Shown here: positions 1 to 12,709 of the stretch, one piece after another
Position numbering within the stretch: the stretch's first letter is position 1
Layout of the letters: each line of letters starts with the position of its first letter
From: Rhizobiales bacterium 65-79
GTDB lineage: Bacteria > Pseudomonadota > Alphaproteobacteria > Rhizobiales > Rhizobiaceae
NCBI GenBank assembly: GCA_001896885.1
Contig: MKRJ01000011.1
Span: forward strand, 80,265-104,264
Reading direction: 5' to 3'
Length of the DNA stretch: 24,000 nucleotides
Made by a program: the position numbers and the translations under genes
Notes under the pieces: generated by a model
Database searches by the model: none
What the model was told of the DNA's origin: nothing
Seen by the model: the letters and a program-made list of their open reading frames with translations, nothing else

Positions 1-123
1 GGAGGTCGGCATAGGTGTCGCCCTGGGGCGCATGCAGCAGGAAATGCACGCCGCGCATCGATGCCGCGATGCGCATGGCGCCGACATGCGGGGGTCCCTC
101 ATATGTCCAGACCGTCAGTTGCA

Positions 124-124
<1 letters not shown>
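1..124 (-). CDS. bchB: light-independent protochlorophyllide reductase subunit B, N-terminal part (runs off window)
   Basis: Reverse complement from 124 reads [41 protein letters not shown], the typical BchB N-terminus; ATG overlaps the bchN stop (TGATG). Confidence 0.93.
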
Positions 125-1988
<1,864 letters not shown>

Positions 1989-1992
1989 AAAG

Positions 1993-2026
1993 TGTCAACC
2001 AAACATGACGTAAAATTACATTTACA
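1993..2026. promoter_or_regulatory. Two imperfect PpsR/CrtJ-like palindromes in the bchF-ppaA divergent region
   Basis: TGTCaaccaaacatGACG (1993-2010) and CGTaaaattacatttACA (2009-2026), each one mismatch from TGT-N12-ACA, sharing an ACGT core. Confidence 0.45.
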
Positions 2027-2070
2027 AAATTGCTGCGCGCGGCTACCTTTCAGGCCAGAAACGGAAAAAA

Positions 2071-2937
2071 GTGCACCGTATGTTTTTCCAAGAGGCGAAA
2101 ACCCGGCAAGAAGAATGCGCGACCTGCGACTCGCAGGCCGGACGGCAGCGCGACGTGAGAGATACGGAATTGTCGGGCCCGACAGGTGATGTCGCCGACC
2201 GGCGGTTGATGGGGGGCATCGAGCGCAAAAAGATGCAGTTGGAGAAGGTTGCCAGCCTGCGGCGCGCCCGCACGCTGAAGTTCGTCGCATTGCTGTTCGA
2301 CGAGGATGCCCGGCGATGCGGTGCCATGGTGGATGCGCTTTTCGCCGATTGCGGCGATCCGCAGAAGGTTGCCGAGCGCCTTTTCGAGCCGGCCGCGCGC
2401 GTCATAGGCGACAGTTGGTGCGCCGACGAACTCGATTTCGTCAAGGTCACCGTCGCCATGTCGAGAATGCAGCGGTTGTTCCACCGGTTGACGGCCGAAC
2501 ATCGGCCGACGGCGGCGTCCGACATGTCGCGCAGCGTGCTTTTGACCGCAGCGCCCGGCGAGCAGCATACGTTCGGCCTTTCCGTGGTCGAAGATGCCTT
2601 CCGGCGCAGCAGATGGCAGGTCGATTGTGGCGATTTTGACCGGGAGATGGACATCTACAGGTCCGTCGCCGCCAACAGCTACCGCATCATCGGCATCTCG
2701 ATCAGCGGCGAGCGCCTGCTTTCTGATCTGACGTCGATGGTCAGCAGGCTGCGTTCCAGATCGCGCAACAGGTCCGTGGTGCTCATGGCCGGCGGCAGCC
2801 TGATCACGCGGAACCCGCAAGGGGCGATCAATGCGGGCTTCGACCTGCTTGCCATCGACGCGTCGTCCGCTATCGCGCTGGCGGAAGCTGTCGTCACGCC
2901 CGGTTTCGCGACCGACATGCGCATTGCGGCCGAGTAG
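2071..2937 (+). CDS. ppaA: PpaA/AerR family cobalamin-binding antirepressor (start uncertain; GTG at 2071, other candidates downstream)
   Basis: B12-binding-like (SCHIC) domain with GEQHTFGLSVVEDAFRR and ISISGERLLSDL...VLMAGGSLI; located between bchF and ppsR as in other photosynthesis clusters. Confidence 0.88.
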   Translation: MHRMFFQEAKTRQEECATCDSQAGRQRDVRDTELSGPTGDVADRRLMGGIERKKMQLEKVASLRRARTLKFVALLFDEDARRCGAMVDALFADCGDPQKVAERLFEPAARVIGDSWCADELDFVKVTVAMSRMQRLFHRLTAEHRPTAASDMSRSVLLTAAPGEQHTFGLSVVEDAFRRSRWQVDCGDFDREMDIYRSVAANSYRIIGISISGERLLSDLTSMVSRLRSRSRNRSVVLMAGGSLITRNPQGAINAGFDLLAIDASSAIALAEAVVTPGFATDMRIAAE

Positions 2938-2958
2938 AACAAGGTATGAAAGCTGTCC

Positions 2959-4401
2959 ATGGACAAGCAGGCTTCCCGGGAGGTGTCCCGCTCGTTCCGT
3001 TCCGACGGTGAGCTTTTCGCCGGATTGGGCGCCGAGGCCCTGGCGCTTGCCACCGCGAATTCCGACATATCCCTCGTCGTTTCCCGCTCGGGCCATATCC
3101 TCGATGTCTCCTACCGCGAAGACAGCCTGAAGGCATTTGACGTCGACGGCTGGGAGGACAGACCGTGGCAGGATACCGTCACCGTCGAAAGCCGCGACAA
3201 GATCCGCGAACTGCTGCAGGAAGCGACAACTGTTTCGCCGACGCGCTCGCGCCAGGTCAACCATCCCGGCAAGGACGGCAACGACCTGCCGATGGGCTAC
3301 CGCATCGTTTCCTTTTCGAACTGGCCGCACCACGTGGCGCTTGGCACCGACCTGCGTCCGATGGCCGAGATGCAGCAACGGCTCGTGCGGGCGCAGATCG
3401 AGATGGAGAAGGACTATCGCAAGCTCCGGGATATAGAATCCCGCTATCGGCTGCTTTTTCACCTTGCGGTCGAGCCTTTGATCGTCGTCGAAGCCCAGGC
3501 GATGAGGATCCTCGACGCCAACGAGGATGCCGCCAAGCTGCTGGGCAAGCCTATAAAGAAACTTGTCGGATCGGCGGCCGTCGGCGTATTCGCCAAGGCC
3601 GATCAGGGCATCGCCACGGAGGCGCTCACATCCTTTGGCGCCAGGTCCCGCGCCGAGGTCTTCAGGGCAAGGCTGGCGAACACGGACCGCTATATGGAAA
3701 TCCGGGTGACGCCGTTTCGCGAACTGGGCAAGACCAATCTTCTTGTGTCCTTCGTAAGCGAAGTGCCGACCCGCGCGGCGGCCGGTTCCACGTCGGACGC
3801 GAACCTTGCTTCGGTCGTTGACAGCCTTCCGGAAGGGATCGTCATCGTCGACGGGGAAGGCAGGATCATCGAGGCCAACCCCGGCTTTCTCGACCTCATA
3901 CGCGTGGTGACGCTTGACCGCGTCAAGGACAGAAGCCTCGACAAGTGGCTGGGCGGATCGAGCGTCGACCTCCAGGTGCTGATGGCCAACTTGCGCGAGC
4001 ACGGCACGGTGCGCCGTTTCTCCTCGGTGGTGCGCGACGACGTCGGCGGGACCGAGAAGGTCGAGGTTTCGGCGGCAAGGATCGCCGGCCGTGACGGGCC
4101 GCTTTTCGGCTTCGCCATACGCGAGGTTGTGCGGGCCGAACCCGCCATTCAGACCAGCGGCGCCGGCGACAGGCAGGGCGCCGCCGCGACCCAGTTCACC
4201 GACCTGGTCGGCCGCGTGCCGCTCAAGGACCTCGTTCGCGACACGGCGGGGGTCATCGAGAAGCTCTGCATCGAGGCGGCCCTGCGCCTGACCGACAACA
4301 ACCGCGCCTCGGCCGCCGACATGCTCGGTCTCAGCCGCCAGAGCCTTTACATCAAGCTCCGGCGCTTCGGCATTTCGGATGTCGACGAGGACGAGGATTA
4401 G
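2959..4401 (+). CDS. ppsR: transcriptional regulator PpsR/CrtJ (PAS domains plus Fis-type HTH)
   Basis: 481 aa with PAS-like regions and C-terminal HTH EKLCIEAALRLTDNNRASAADMLGLSRQSLYIKLRRFGI. Confidence 0.95.
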   Translation: MDKQASREVSRSFRSDGELFAGLGAEALALATANSDISLVVSRSGHILDVSYREDSLKAFDVDGWEDRPWQDTVTVESRDKIRELLQEATTVSPTRSRQVNHPGKDGNDLPMGYRIVSFSNWPHHVALGTDLRPMAEMQQRLVRAQIEMEKDYRKLRDIESRYRLLFHLAVEPLIVVEAQAMRILDANEDAAKLLGKPIKKLVGSAAVGVFAKADQGIATEALTSFGARSRAEVFRARLANTDRYMEIRVTPFRELGKTNLLVSFVSEVPTRAAAGSTSDANLASVVDSLPEGIVIVDGEGRIIEANPGFLDLIRVVTLDRVKDRSLDKWLGGSSVDLQVLMANLREHGTVRRFSSVVRDDVGGTEKVEVSAARIAGRDGPLFGFAIREVVRAEPAIQTSGAGDRQGAAATQFTDLVGRVPLKDLVRDTAGVIEKLCIEAALRLTDNNRASAADMLGLSRQSLYIKLRRFGISDVDEDED

Positions 4402-4403
4402 GC

Positions 4404-5312
4404 ATGGTCCACCACGCAGCTGCATCCTCCAAGTACATGGTTCCGACGCCGGCCGCGACGCTGGAGCTTCTCAAGCCGATAACGTGGTTTGCGCCGATGT
4501 GGGCTTTCGGCTGCGGCGTGGTGTCCTCCGGCATCTCGCTCGGCGACCGCTGGCCCTATGTGGTCGGCGGAATCCTGCTCGCCGGGCCTCTGGTCTGCGG
4601 CACCAGCCAGGCGGTCAACGACTGGTACGACCGGGAAGTGGACGCCATCAACGAGCCCGGCCGCGTCATTCCGTCGGGGCGGATGCCCGGGCGCTGGGGG
4701 TTCTTCGTTGCCGTGGCCAACACGCTCCTGTCGCTCGCGGTGGCATGGTGGCTCGGGCCCTGGGTGTTCGGCGCGGCCACCGTCGGGCTGGCGCTCGCCT
4801 GGGCCTACAGCGCGCCGCCGCTCCGGCTGAAGCGCAGCGGCTGGTACGGCCCCGCCGCGGTCGGGCTCTGCTATGAAGGGTTGCCGTGGTTCACGGCGGC
4901 CGCGGCGGCAAGCGGCGCTTTCCCCGGCTATGCGACCTTGTCGATTGCGCTGCTCTACAGCGTCGGCGCGCACGGGATCATGACGCTCAACGATTTCAAG
5001 TCGGTCGAGGGCGATCGCCGGATGGGACTGGCGAGCCTGCCGGCCGTATTCGGCGTCGAGCGCGCGGCGCGGCTTGCCTGCTTCGTCATGGCCGTCCCTC
5101 AGCTCCTTGTGATCGCGCTCCTGTTGCGGTGGGGATTCCCCATCCATGCGTCGATCGTCGCGGCGCTATTCGCAGGCCAGGTGATATGCATGCTGCGGCT
5201 GCTGCAGGACCCGTTGCGCCGGGCGTCCTGGTACAACGCCACGGGTACGACGATGTATGTTTTCGGCATGCTGGCGAGCGCCTTTGCGCTGCGTGCGATG
5301 CAGGGAGGATGA
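4404..5312 (+). CDS. bchG: bacteriochlorophyll synthase (UbiA family)
   Basis: 302 aa polytopic protein with NDWYDREVDAINEPGRVIPSGRM prenyltransferase motif, typical of BchG/ChlG. Confidence 0.96.
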   Translation: MVHHAAASSKYMVPTPAATLELLKPITWFAPMWAFGCGVVSSGISLGDRWPYVVGGILLAGPLVCGTSQAVNDWYDREVDAINEPGRVIPSGRMPGRWGFFVAVANTLLSLAVAWWLGPWVFGAATVGLALAWAYSAPPLRLKRSGWYGPAAVGLCYEGLPWFTAAAAASGAFPGYATLSIALLYSVGAHGIMTLNDFKSVEGDRRMGLASLPAVFGVERAARLACFVMAVPQLLVIALLLRWGFPIHASIVAALFAGQVICMLRLLQDPLRRASWYNATGTTMYVFGMLASAFALRAMQGG

Positions 5313-5313
5313 C

Positions 5314-6666
5314 ATGGCACGGACGGCACCGCTGAACTGGTTCGGCATCGCTCGGCTCGGCCTCGTGCAGGCGGCGCTGGGCGGGATCGTCGCGCTCACC
5401 ACCTCGACGCTGAACCGCATCATGGTCGTGGAACTCAACCTCGCGGCGGTCGTGCCGGGAGCGCTGGTCGGACTTCACTACGGGGTGCAGATGGCCAGGC
5501 CGCTTTGGGGCCACGGCTCCGACAGGGGCGGTCGACGCACGCCATGGATCGTCGGGGGCATCGCGCTGCTCGCGCTCGGCGGGTTCGGCGCTGCGGTGGC
5601 GACATCGGTTATGGCCGATAATTTCGCCATAGGCCTGGTGCTGGCGATCGCGGATTTCATCCTGATCGGCATCGGGGTAGGGGCGGCCGGCACGTCGCTG
5701 CTGGCCCTGCTCGCGTCGAGCGTCGCGCCGGAGCGGCGGCCGGCGGCCGCGACCGTGGTCTGGCTGATGATGATCCTCGGCATCGTGCTGACGTCGGTCG
5801 TATCGGGCAGGTTCCTCGATCCGTTCTCGATGTCGCGGCTGATCGCGGTGGCCGGCGCCACCGGCCTTGCGGCGCTTGCGCTGACCGTGCTCGCCGTGGC
5901 CGGCGTCGAGACATCGGCGTCGCGGCGTGCCATGGCCGCGAGAGAGTCGTCGGCGGTGTCGTTTCGCGAAAGCCTCGCCGACACGTGGAGCGATCCGCAG
6001 GCGCGGCTCTTCACCATCTTCGTGTTCGTTTCGATGCTCGGCTACAGCATGCAGGACCTCATCCTGGAGCCGTTTGCCGGACTTATGTTCGGCATGACGC
6101 CCGGCCAGACGACGCAACTGTCCGGCCTCCAGAATGGCGGGGTGTTCTGCGGTATGGTCCTCGTCGGGGTCGCCGGCAGCCTGCTTGCCGGCCGCATCCC
6201 CGCGATCCTCAAATATTTCACCGTGGGCGGCTGCGTGCTCTCCGGCATCGCGCTGGCGGGGCTGACCGCGTCGACGACGGCGGCGCCGGCCTGGCCGCTG
6301 GCGGCCAACGTGTTCGCCCTCGGCTTTTCCAACGGCATATTCGCGGTCGCCGCCATCGGCTCGATGATGGGGCTGGCTGGAGCAGCCGGCCCGTCGAAGA
6401 TCGGCCTGCGCATGGGCCTGTGGGGGGCCGCGCAGGCGGTCGCTTTCGGCCTCGGCGGCTTTGTAGGCACGGCGGCCGTGGACCTTGGGCGGGCCATCAG
6501 CGGCTCGGTGCGGATCGCCTATGGCAGCGTGTTCCTGCTCGAAGGCCTCGTCTTCCTGGTCGCCGCAGCCATCGCGCTTCGCATCGCTTCGGTTCGGGCC
6601 GGCTGCGCGACCGACGCGGCCGCAGGCGGCCCGGCCCCCGCTTACGGACTTCAGGCGGCTGAATGA
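5314..6666 (+). CDS. BCH2/PucC-family MFS transporter (bacteriochlorophyll-associated)
   Basis: ~450 aa, 12-TM-like; LNRIMVVELNLAAVVPGALVGLHYGVQMARPLWGHGSDRGGRRTPWI is typical of the LhaA/PucC/Bch2 family; between bchG and bchP. Start set to the ATG just after the bchG stop rather than 5257. Confidence 0.9.
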   Translation: MARTAPLNWFGIARLGLVQAALGGIVALTTSTLNRIMVVELNLAAVVPGALVGLHYGVQMARPLWGHGSDRGGRRTPWIVGGIALLALGGFGAAVATSVMADNFAIGLVLAIADFILIGIGVGAAGTSLLALLASSVAPERRPAAATVVWLMMILGIVLTSVVSGRFLDPFSMSRLIAVAGATGLAALALTVLAVAGVETSASRRAMAARESSAVSFRESLADTWSDPQARLFTIFVFVSMLGYSMQDLILEPFAGLMFGMTPGQTTQLSGLQNGGVFCGMVLVGVAGSLLAGRIPAILKYFTVGGCVLSGIALAGLTASTTAAPAWPLAANVFALGFSNGIFAVAAIGSMMGLAGAAGPSKIGLRMGLWGAAQAVAFGLGGFVGTAAVDLGRAISGSVRIAYGSVFLLEGLVFLVAAAIALRIASVRAGCATDAAAGGPAPAYGLQAAE

Positions 6667-7862
6667 CGATGGCCGCGGCAAGACGGGCCGACTACGACGT
6701 GGTGGTCGCCGGCGGCGGGCCGGGCGGCGCGACCGCGGCCACCGATCTCGCACTGGCGGGTCGACGCGTCCTGCTGCTCGATCGCGAGGGGCGCACCAAG
6801 CCGTGCGGCGGCGCCATACCGACCAAGCTGATCGAGGAGTTCGACATTCCCGCCTCGCTGCTTCAGGCCCGCATCCGCTCAGCCCGCATCTTCGCGCCTT
6901 CGGGCACCAGCGTCGACATGAAGATCGATGATGGCTTCGTCGGCATGGTCGGCCGTGATGTCTTCGATCCCTGGCTGCGCGAAAGAGCGGCGTCGAGCGG
7001 CGCGACCGTGCTCGCCGCGACCTTCGAAAGCGCGTGCGCCGCCGACGACAGCCTGCTCGACGTGCGCTTCGTGCGCAATGACGGCATTGCGGAAACGGTC
7101 GCTGCCAGAATGATCATCGGCGCGGACGGCGCCAATTCGACGGTAAGGCGCGTGATGTTCGGCAGGGACCAGCGCCCGCCTTATGTCTTCGCCTATCATG
7201 AAATCGTCAGGTCCCCGGCCGGCCGTCGGCAAAGCTTCGACGCGCGGCGCTGCGATGTCTATTATCAGGGGCGGATATCGCCGGATTTCTACGGCTGGGT
7301 GTTTCCGCACGGCGACACCACGAGCGTCGGCGTCGGCAGCGCGATCAAGGGGTTCGACCTCAGGGCCGCCACCCGCGCCCTGCGCGAGGCCGCCGGCCTC
7401 GGCGCGCAGCAGACGCTGCGCGAGGAGGGCGCGCCGCTGCCGCTGAAGCCGCTGCGGCGCTGGGACAACGGCCGCGACACCGTGCTGGTCGGAGATGCGG
7501 CGGGGGTCGTGGCGCCGTCCTCGGGAGAGGGCATCTATTTTGCCATGGATTGCGGCCGTCTCGCCGCGCAGGCGGCCGGCGAATTCCTCGCGACGGGCAA
7601 CCCCAGGGCGCTGGTGGGCGTGCGCAGGCGCTTCATGCGCAAACACGGCCGCGTCTTCCTGATCCTGGGCTTCATGCAGGGCTTCTGGTACCGCAACGAC
7701 AAGCGGCGCGAACGCTTCGTCATGATCTGCGAAGACCGCGACGTGCAGAAGCTGGTATGGGAATCCTACCTCCACAAGCGGCTGGCGCGCACCGACCCGC
7801 TCGCGCATGTGCGGGTGTTCCTGAAGGATTTGCGGCACCTGCTGCGGCTGGCATTCCAGTAG
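6663..7862 (+). CDS. bchP: geranylgeranyl diphosphate/bacteriochlorophyll reductase
   Basis: FAD-binding GGGPGGATAATDLA, DREGRTKPCGGAIPTKL, GDAAGVVAPSSGEGIYFAMDCG; ATGA overlap with the preceding gene. Confidence 0.96.
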   Translation: MTMAAARRADYDVVVAGGGPGGATAATDLALAGRRVLLLDREGRTKPCGGAIPTKLIEEFDIPASLLQARIRSARIFAPSGTSVDMKIDDGFVGMVGRDVFDPWLRERAASSGATVLAATFESACAADDSLLDVRFVRNDGIAETVAARMIIGADGANSTVRRVMFGRDQRPPYVFAYHEIVRSPAGRRQSFDARRCDVYYQGRISPDFYGWVFPHGDTTSVGVGSAIKGFDLRAATRALREAAGLGAQQTLREEGAPLPLKPLRRWDNGRDTVLVGDAAGVVAPSSGEGIYFAMDCGRLAAQAAGEFLATGNPRALVGVRRRFMRKHGRVFLILGFMQGFWYRNDKRRERFVMICEDRDVQKLVWESYLHKRLARTDPLAHVRVFLKDLRHLLRLAFQ

Positions 7863-7875
7863 CCGGAGCGAAGCG

Positions 7876-8145
7876 ATGATCGACACAATCATATCCAGCG
7901 GCGCCATCGCCTGGATAGCACTCGGCGCGCTTCTGCTCGAATTGATGATCGTGCTGGGCCTGGCGCGCAGCCGGGCGACGCGGATGTCCTTCATTGCCAA
8001 CGGCCTGTCCGGCGCCTGCCTGATCATGGCGTTCCGCGCTGCGCTGATCGGCGCCGGCACGTTGCCGATCGCCGTGTGGCTCGGCCTCGGTCTCGCCGCT
8101 CATCTGGCCGATGTGGCGATGCGCCTGCGCCAGTCGGCCCGATGA
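7876..8145 (+). CDS. small (89 aa) hydrophobic protein of unknown function, downstream of bchP
   Basis: ORF MIDTIISSGAIAWIALGALLLELMIVLGLARSRATRMSFIANGLSGACLIMAFRAALIG... with about 3 predicted TM segments; starts 13 bp after bchP. Confidence 0.75.
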   Translation: MIDTIISSGAIAWIALGALLLELMIVLGLARSRATRMSFIANGLSGACLIMAFRAALIGAGTLPIAVWLGLGLAAHLADVAMRLRQSAR

Positions 8146-8152
8146 GCCTCCA

Positions 8153-8836
8153 TCACGCGGCGGCGCGTGCCTCGTCGGCCGACCGGCGGATGGCGTCGAT
8201 GTTGACACGGTAGATGTCTTTCGTGCCGCCTGTGAAAACCGCCGACCCGGCGACCAGGACGTTCGCCCCCGCCGCGGTCAGCAGGGGCGCCGTCTTCGGC
8301 GTCACGCCGCCGTCGATCTCGATATCGATCGCACGGCCGCCCACGAGCGCCTTGACCCGCCGGACCTTTTCGACGACGGCCGGAATGAATGCCTGGCCGC
8401 CGAAGCCGGGATTGACCGTCATCAGCAGCACAAGGTCGAGCCTGTCGAGGACATATTCGATCACGGTCTCCGGCGTGGCGGGGTTGAGCGACACGCCGGC
8501 TTTCTTGCCCAGCGCCCTGATCGTCTGAAGCGAGCGGTCGAGATGCGGCCCGGCCTCGGCGTGCACGGTGATGGTGTCGCAGCCGGCGTCGGCGAACGCG
8601 GCCAGGTAGGCGTCGGCGGGCGCGATCATCAAATGGCAGTCGAAGACCTTGTCGGTGCGGCTGCGTATGGCCTTGATGACCGGCGGCCCGAAGGTGATGT
8701 TGGGGACGAAATGCCCGTCCATGACGTCGAGATGGATCCAGTCGGCGCCGGCCGCCGCAACCGCCTCGACCTCGTCGCCCAGCCGTGAAAAATCGGCCGA
8801 AAGCACCGAAGGCGCGATGATCGTGCTATAGGTCAT
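8153..8836 (-). CDS. rpe: ribulose-phosphate 3-epimerase
   Basis: [59 protein letters not shown] motifs; last gene of the cbb operon (cbbE). Start chosen at MTYSTII. Confidence 0.96.
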   Translation of the reverse strand: MTYSTIIAPSVLSADFSRLGDEVEAVAAAGADWIHLDVMDGHFVPNITFGPPVIKAIRSRTDKVFDCHLMIAPADAYLAAFADAGCDTITVHAEAGPHLDRSLQTIRALGKKAGVSLNPATPETVIEYVLDRLDLVLLMTVNPGFGGQAFIPAVVEKVRRVKALVGGRAIDIEIDGGVTPKTAPLLTAAGANVLVAGSAVFTGGTKDIYRVNIDAIRRSADEARAAA

Positions 8837-8884
8837 TGCCAGGCCTCCCGGTCCATTTCGCAAGTCGCGCTCCGGCAAGGGACG

Positions 8885-9829
8885 TTACACGGCCGTCGTT
8901 CCGCTGGCCGGTTCCCCGTCGAGCCTTCCTTCGACGAACACCCGGCTGCCGCGTATATCGGCCGCCTCGATCGTGACGAGGTCGGTTCTCGTAAGCTTCT
9001 CGCTGCGCTCGGCGAAAAGCCGGTTGGCCTGCCGCAGACGCGCACGGTCCAGGGCGTTGCGGATGGAGCGCGCGTTGGAGAAATGCGGCAGCCGCATGCG
9101 AAGCGTGATGTATTCCTCGAGCGTGGCGGCGGCCTCCTCGCTCAGGCGATAATTCTGGTCGGCGAGCATGATCTCGGCGATCGACTTGAGCTCGGCGGGA
9201 CTGTAGTCCGGGAAATCCAGATGGTGGGCGATGCGCGAGCGCATGCCTGGGTTGCTGTCGAAGAACTTGTCCATCTTGTTCTTGTAGCCGGCCAGGATGA
9301 CCACCAGGTCATCGCGGTTGTTCTCCATGTACTGCAGCAGGATTTCGATGGCTTCCTGGCCGTAGTCGCGCTCGTTCTCTGGCTTGTAGAGATAGTAGGC
9401 CTCGTCGATGAAGAGCACGCCGCCCATGGCGCGCTTGATCACCTCCCTGGTCTTGGGCGCCGTGTGGCCGACATATTGGCCCACGAGGTCGTCGCGCGTC
9501 ACCGAAACCAGGTGGCCTTCGCGGATATAGCCCAGCCGATGCAGGATCTCGGCCATCCGCAGCGCCACCGTCGTCTTGCCGGTGCCGGGATTGCCGGTGA
9601 AGTTCATATGCAGCGTCGGCGTTCCCGACGAAATGCCGAACTTGCGCCGCAGCCTGTCGACCAGAAGCAGTGCCGCGATTTCGCGGATGCGGGTCTTGAT
9701 CGGCCTGAGGCCTATCAGTTCGCGGTCCAGCTTCTCGATGACCTCGTCGATGTTCGAAGCCTCGAACTCGGCTTGCAGATTGACCAGTTCCCCATCGTCC
9801 AGAACCATGGTGTTCGACATCTCGAGCAT
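8885..9829 (-). CDS. cbbX: RuBisCO activase CbbX (AAA+ ATPase, red-type)
   Basis: [51 protein letters not shown] and [15 protein letters not shown]. Confidence 0.97.
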   Translation of the reverse strand: MLEMSNTMVLDDGELVNLQAEFEASNIDEVIEKLDRELIGLRPIKTRIREIAALLLVDRLRRKFGISSGTPTLHMNFTGNPGTGKTTVALRMAEILHRLGYIREGHLVSVTRDDLVGQYVGHTAPKTREVIKRAMGGVLFIDEAYYLYKPENERDYGQEAIEILLQYMENNRDDLVVILAGYKNKMDKFFDSNPGMRSRIAHHLDFPDYSPAELKSIAEIMLADQNYRLSEEAAATLEEYITLRMRLPHFSNARSIRNALDRARLRQANRLFAERSEKLTRTDLVTIEAADIRGSRVFVEGRLDGEPASGTTAV

Positions 9830-9857
9830 CGCCTCGCTCCAATCTTGACGGATGGCT

Positions 9858-10292
9858 CTAGCGCCGTTCGCCTTCCGGTTTGTCGGTGGCGTAGGGAACG
9901 ATGGAATAGCCCTGGCTGCGGCCGCTGCGTTCCTGCCGCAGCAGCCGGAAGCCGGGCTCGCTCGGCGGCCGGTTGACGATGAAGGACATGCGCGGCGCCT
10001 CCCAGCCCTTGGTCGAATCGAACGCGGTCACCCGGATGTACATGTCGGGGTAGGTCTTGCGGCAGGAATTCACCTCCAGGAGGATTCCGGCCGGGTCCCT
10101 GAGATCGAACATCGGATTGCCGAACATCTCCCAATAGGTGTTCCTGGGGTGTGGGTCGTCGGTATATTCGACGCTCACCGCCCAATTGTTTTTCAACGCA
10201 TATTTGATCTGTGCCGATATCTGCGTGTCGGTAAGGTCGGGCAGGAAGGAAAACTGCCCCTGGGTGACCCTGTTGCCGGGATTGCTCATCAT
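9858..10292 (-). CDS. cbbS: RuBisCO small subunit (form IC type)
   Basis: [56 protein letters not shown]; red-type C-terminal extension. Start placed at MMSNPGNR inside the longer 9858..10922 ORF. Confidence 0.97.
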   Translation of the reverse strand: MMSNPGNRVTQGQFSFLPDLTDTQISAQIKYALKNNWAVSVEYTDDPHPRNTYWEMFGNPMFDLRDPAGILLEVNSCRKTYPDMYIRVTAFDSTKGWEAPRMSFIVNRPPSEPGFRLLRQERSGRSQGYSIVPYATDKPEGERR

Positions 10293-10309
10293 GGCGGCGT
10301 CCTCCTTTC

Positions 10310-12705
<2,396 letters not shown>

Positions 12706-12709
12706 CGCC

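Noticed and set aside
2071-2145. CxxC (ECATC) in the N-terminus of PpaA as a possible metal/redox motif
   Set aside because: The start codon is uncertain (GTG/ATG options) and this segment is outside the conserved domain, so the motif may not be translated or conserved.
2050-4425. 791-aa minus-strand ORF
   Set aside because: Antisense shadow of ppaA/ppsR; high-GC codon mirror effect, low-complexity Arg/Gly/Ala-rich translation without family motifs.
5086-6753. 555-aa minus-strand ORF
   Set aside because: Antisense to the bchG/PucC-family genes; Arg-rich, no recognisable domain.
6879-8060. 393-aa minus-strand ORF
   Set aside because: Antisense of bchP; no supporting motifs or start context.
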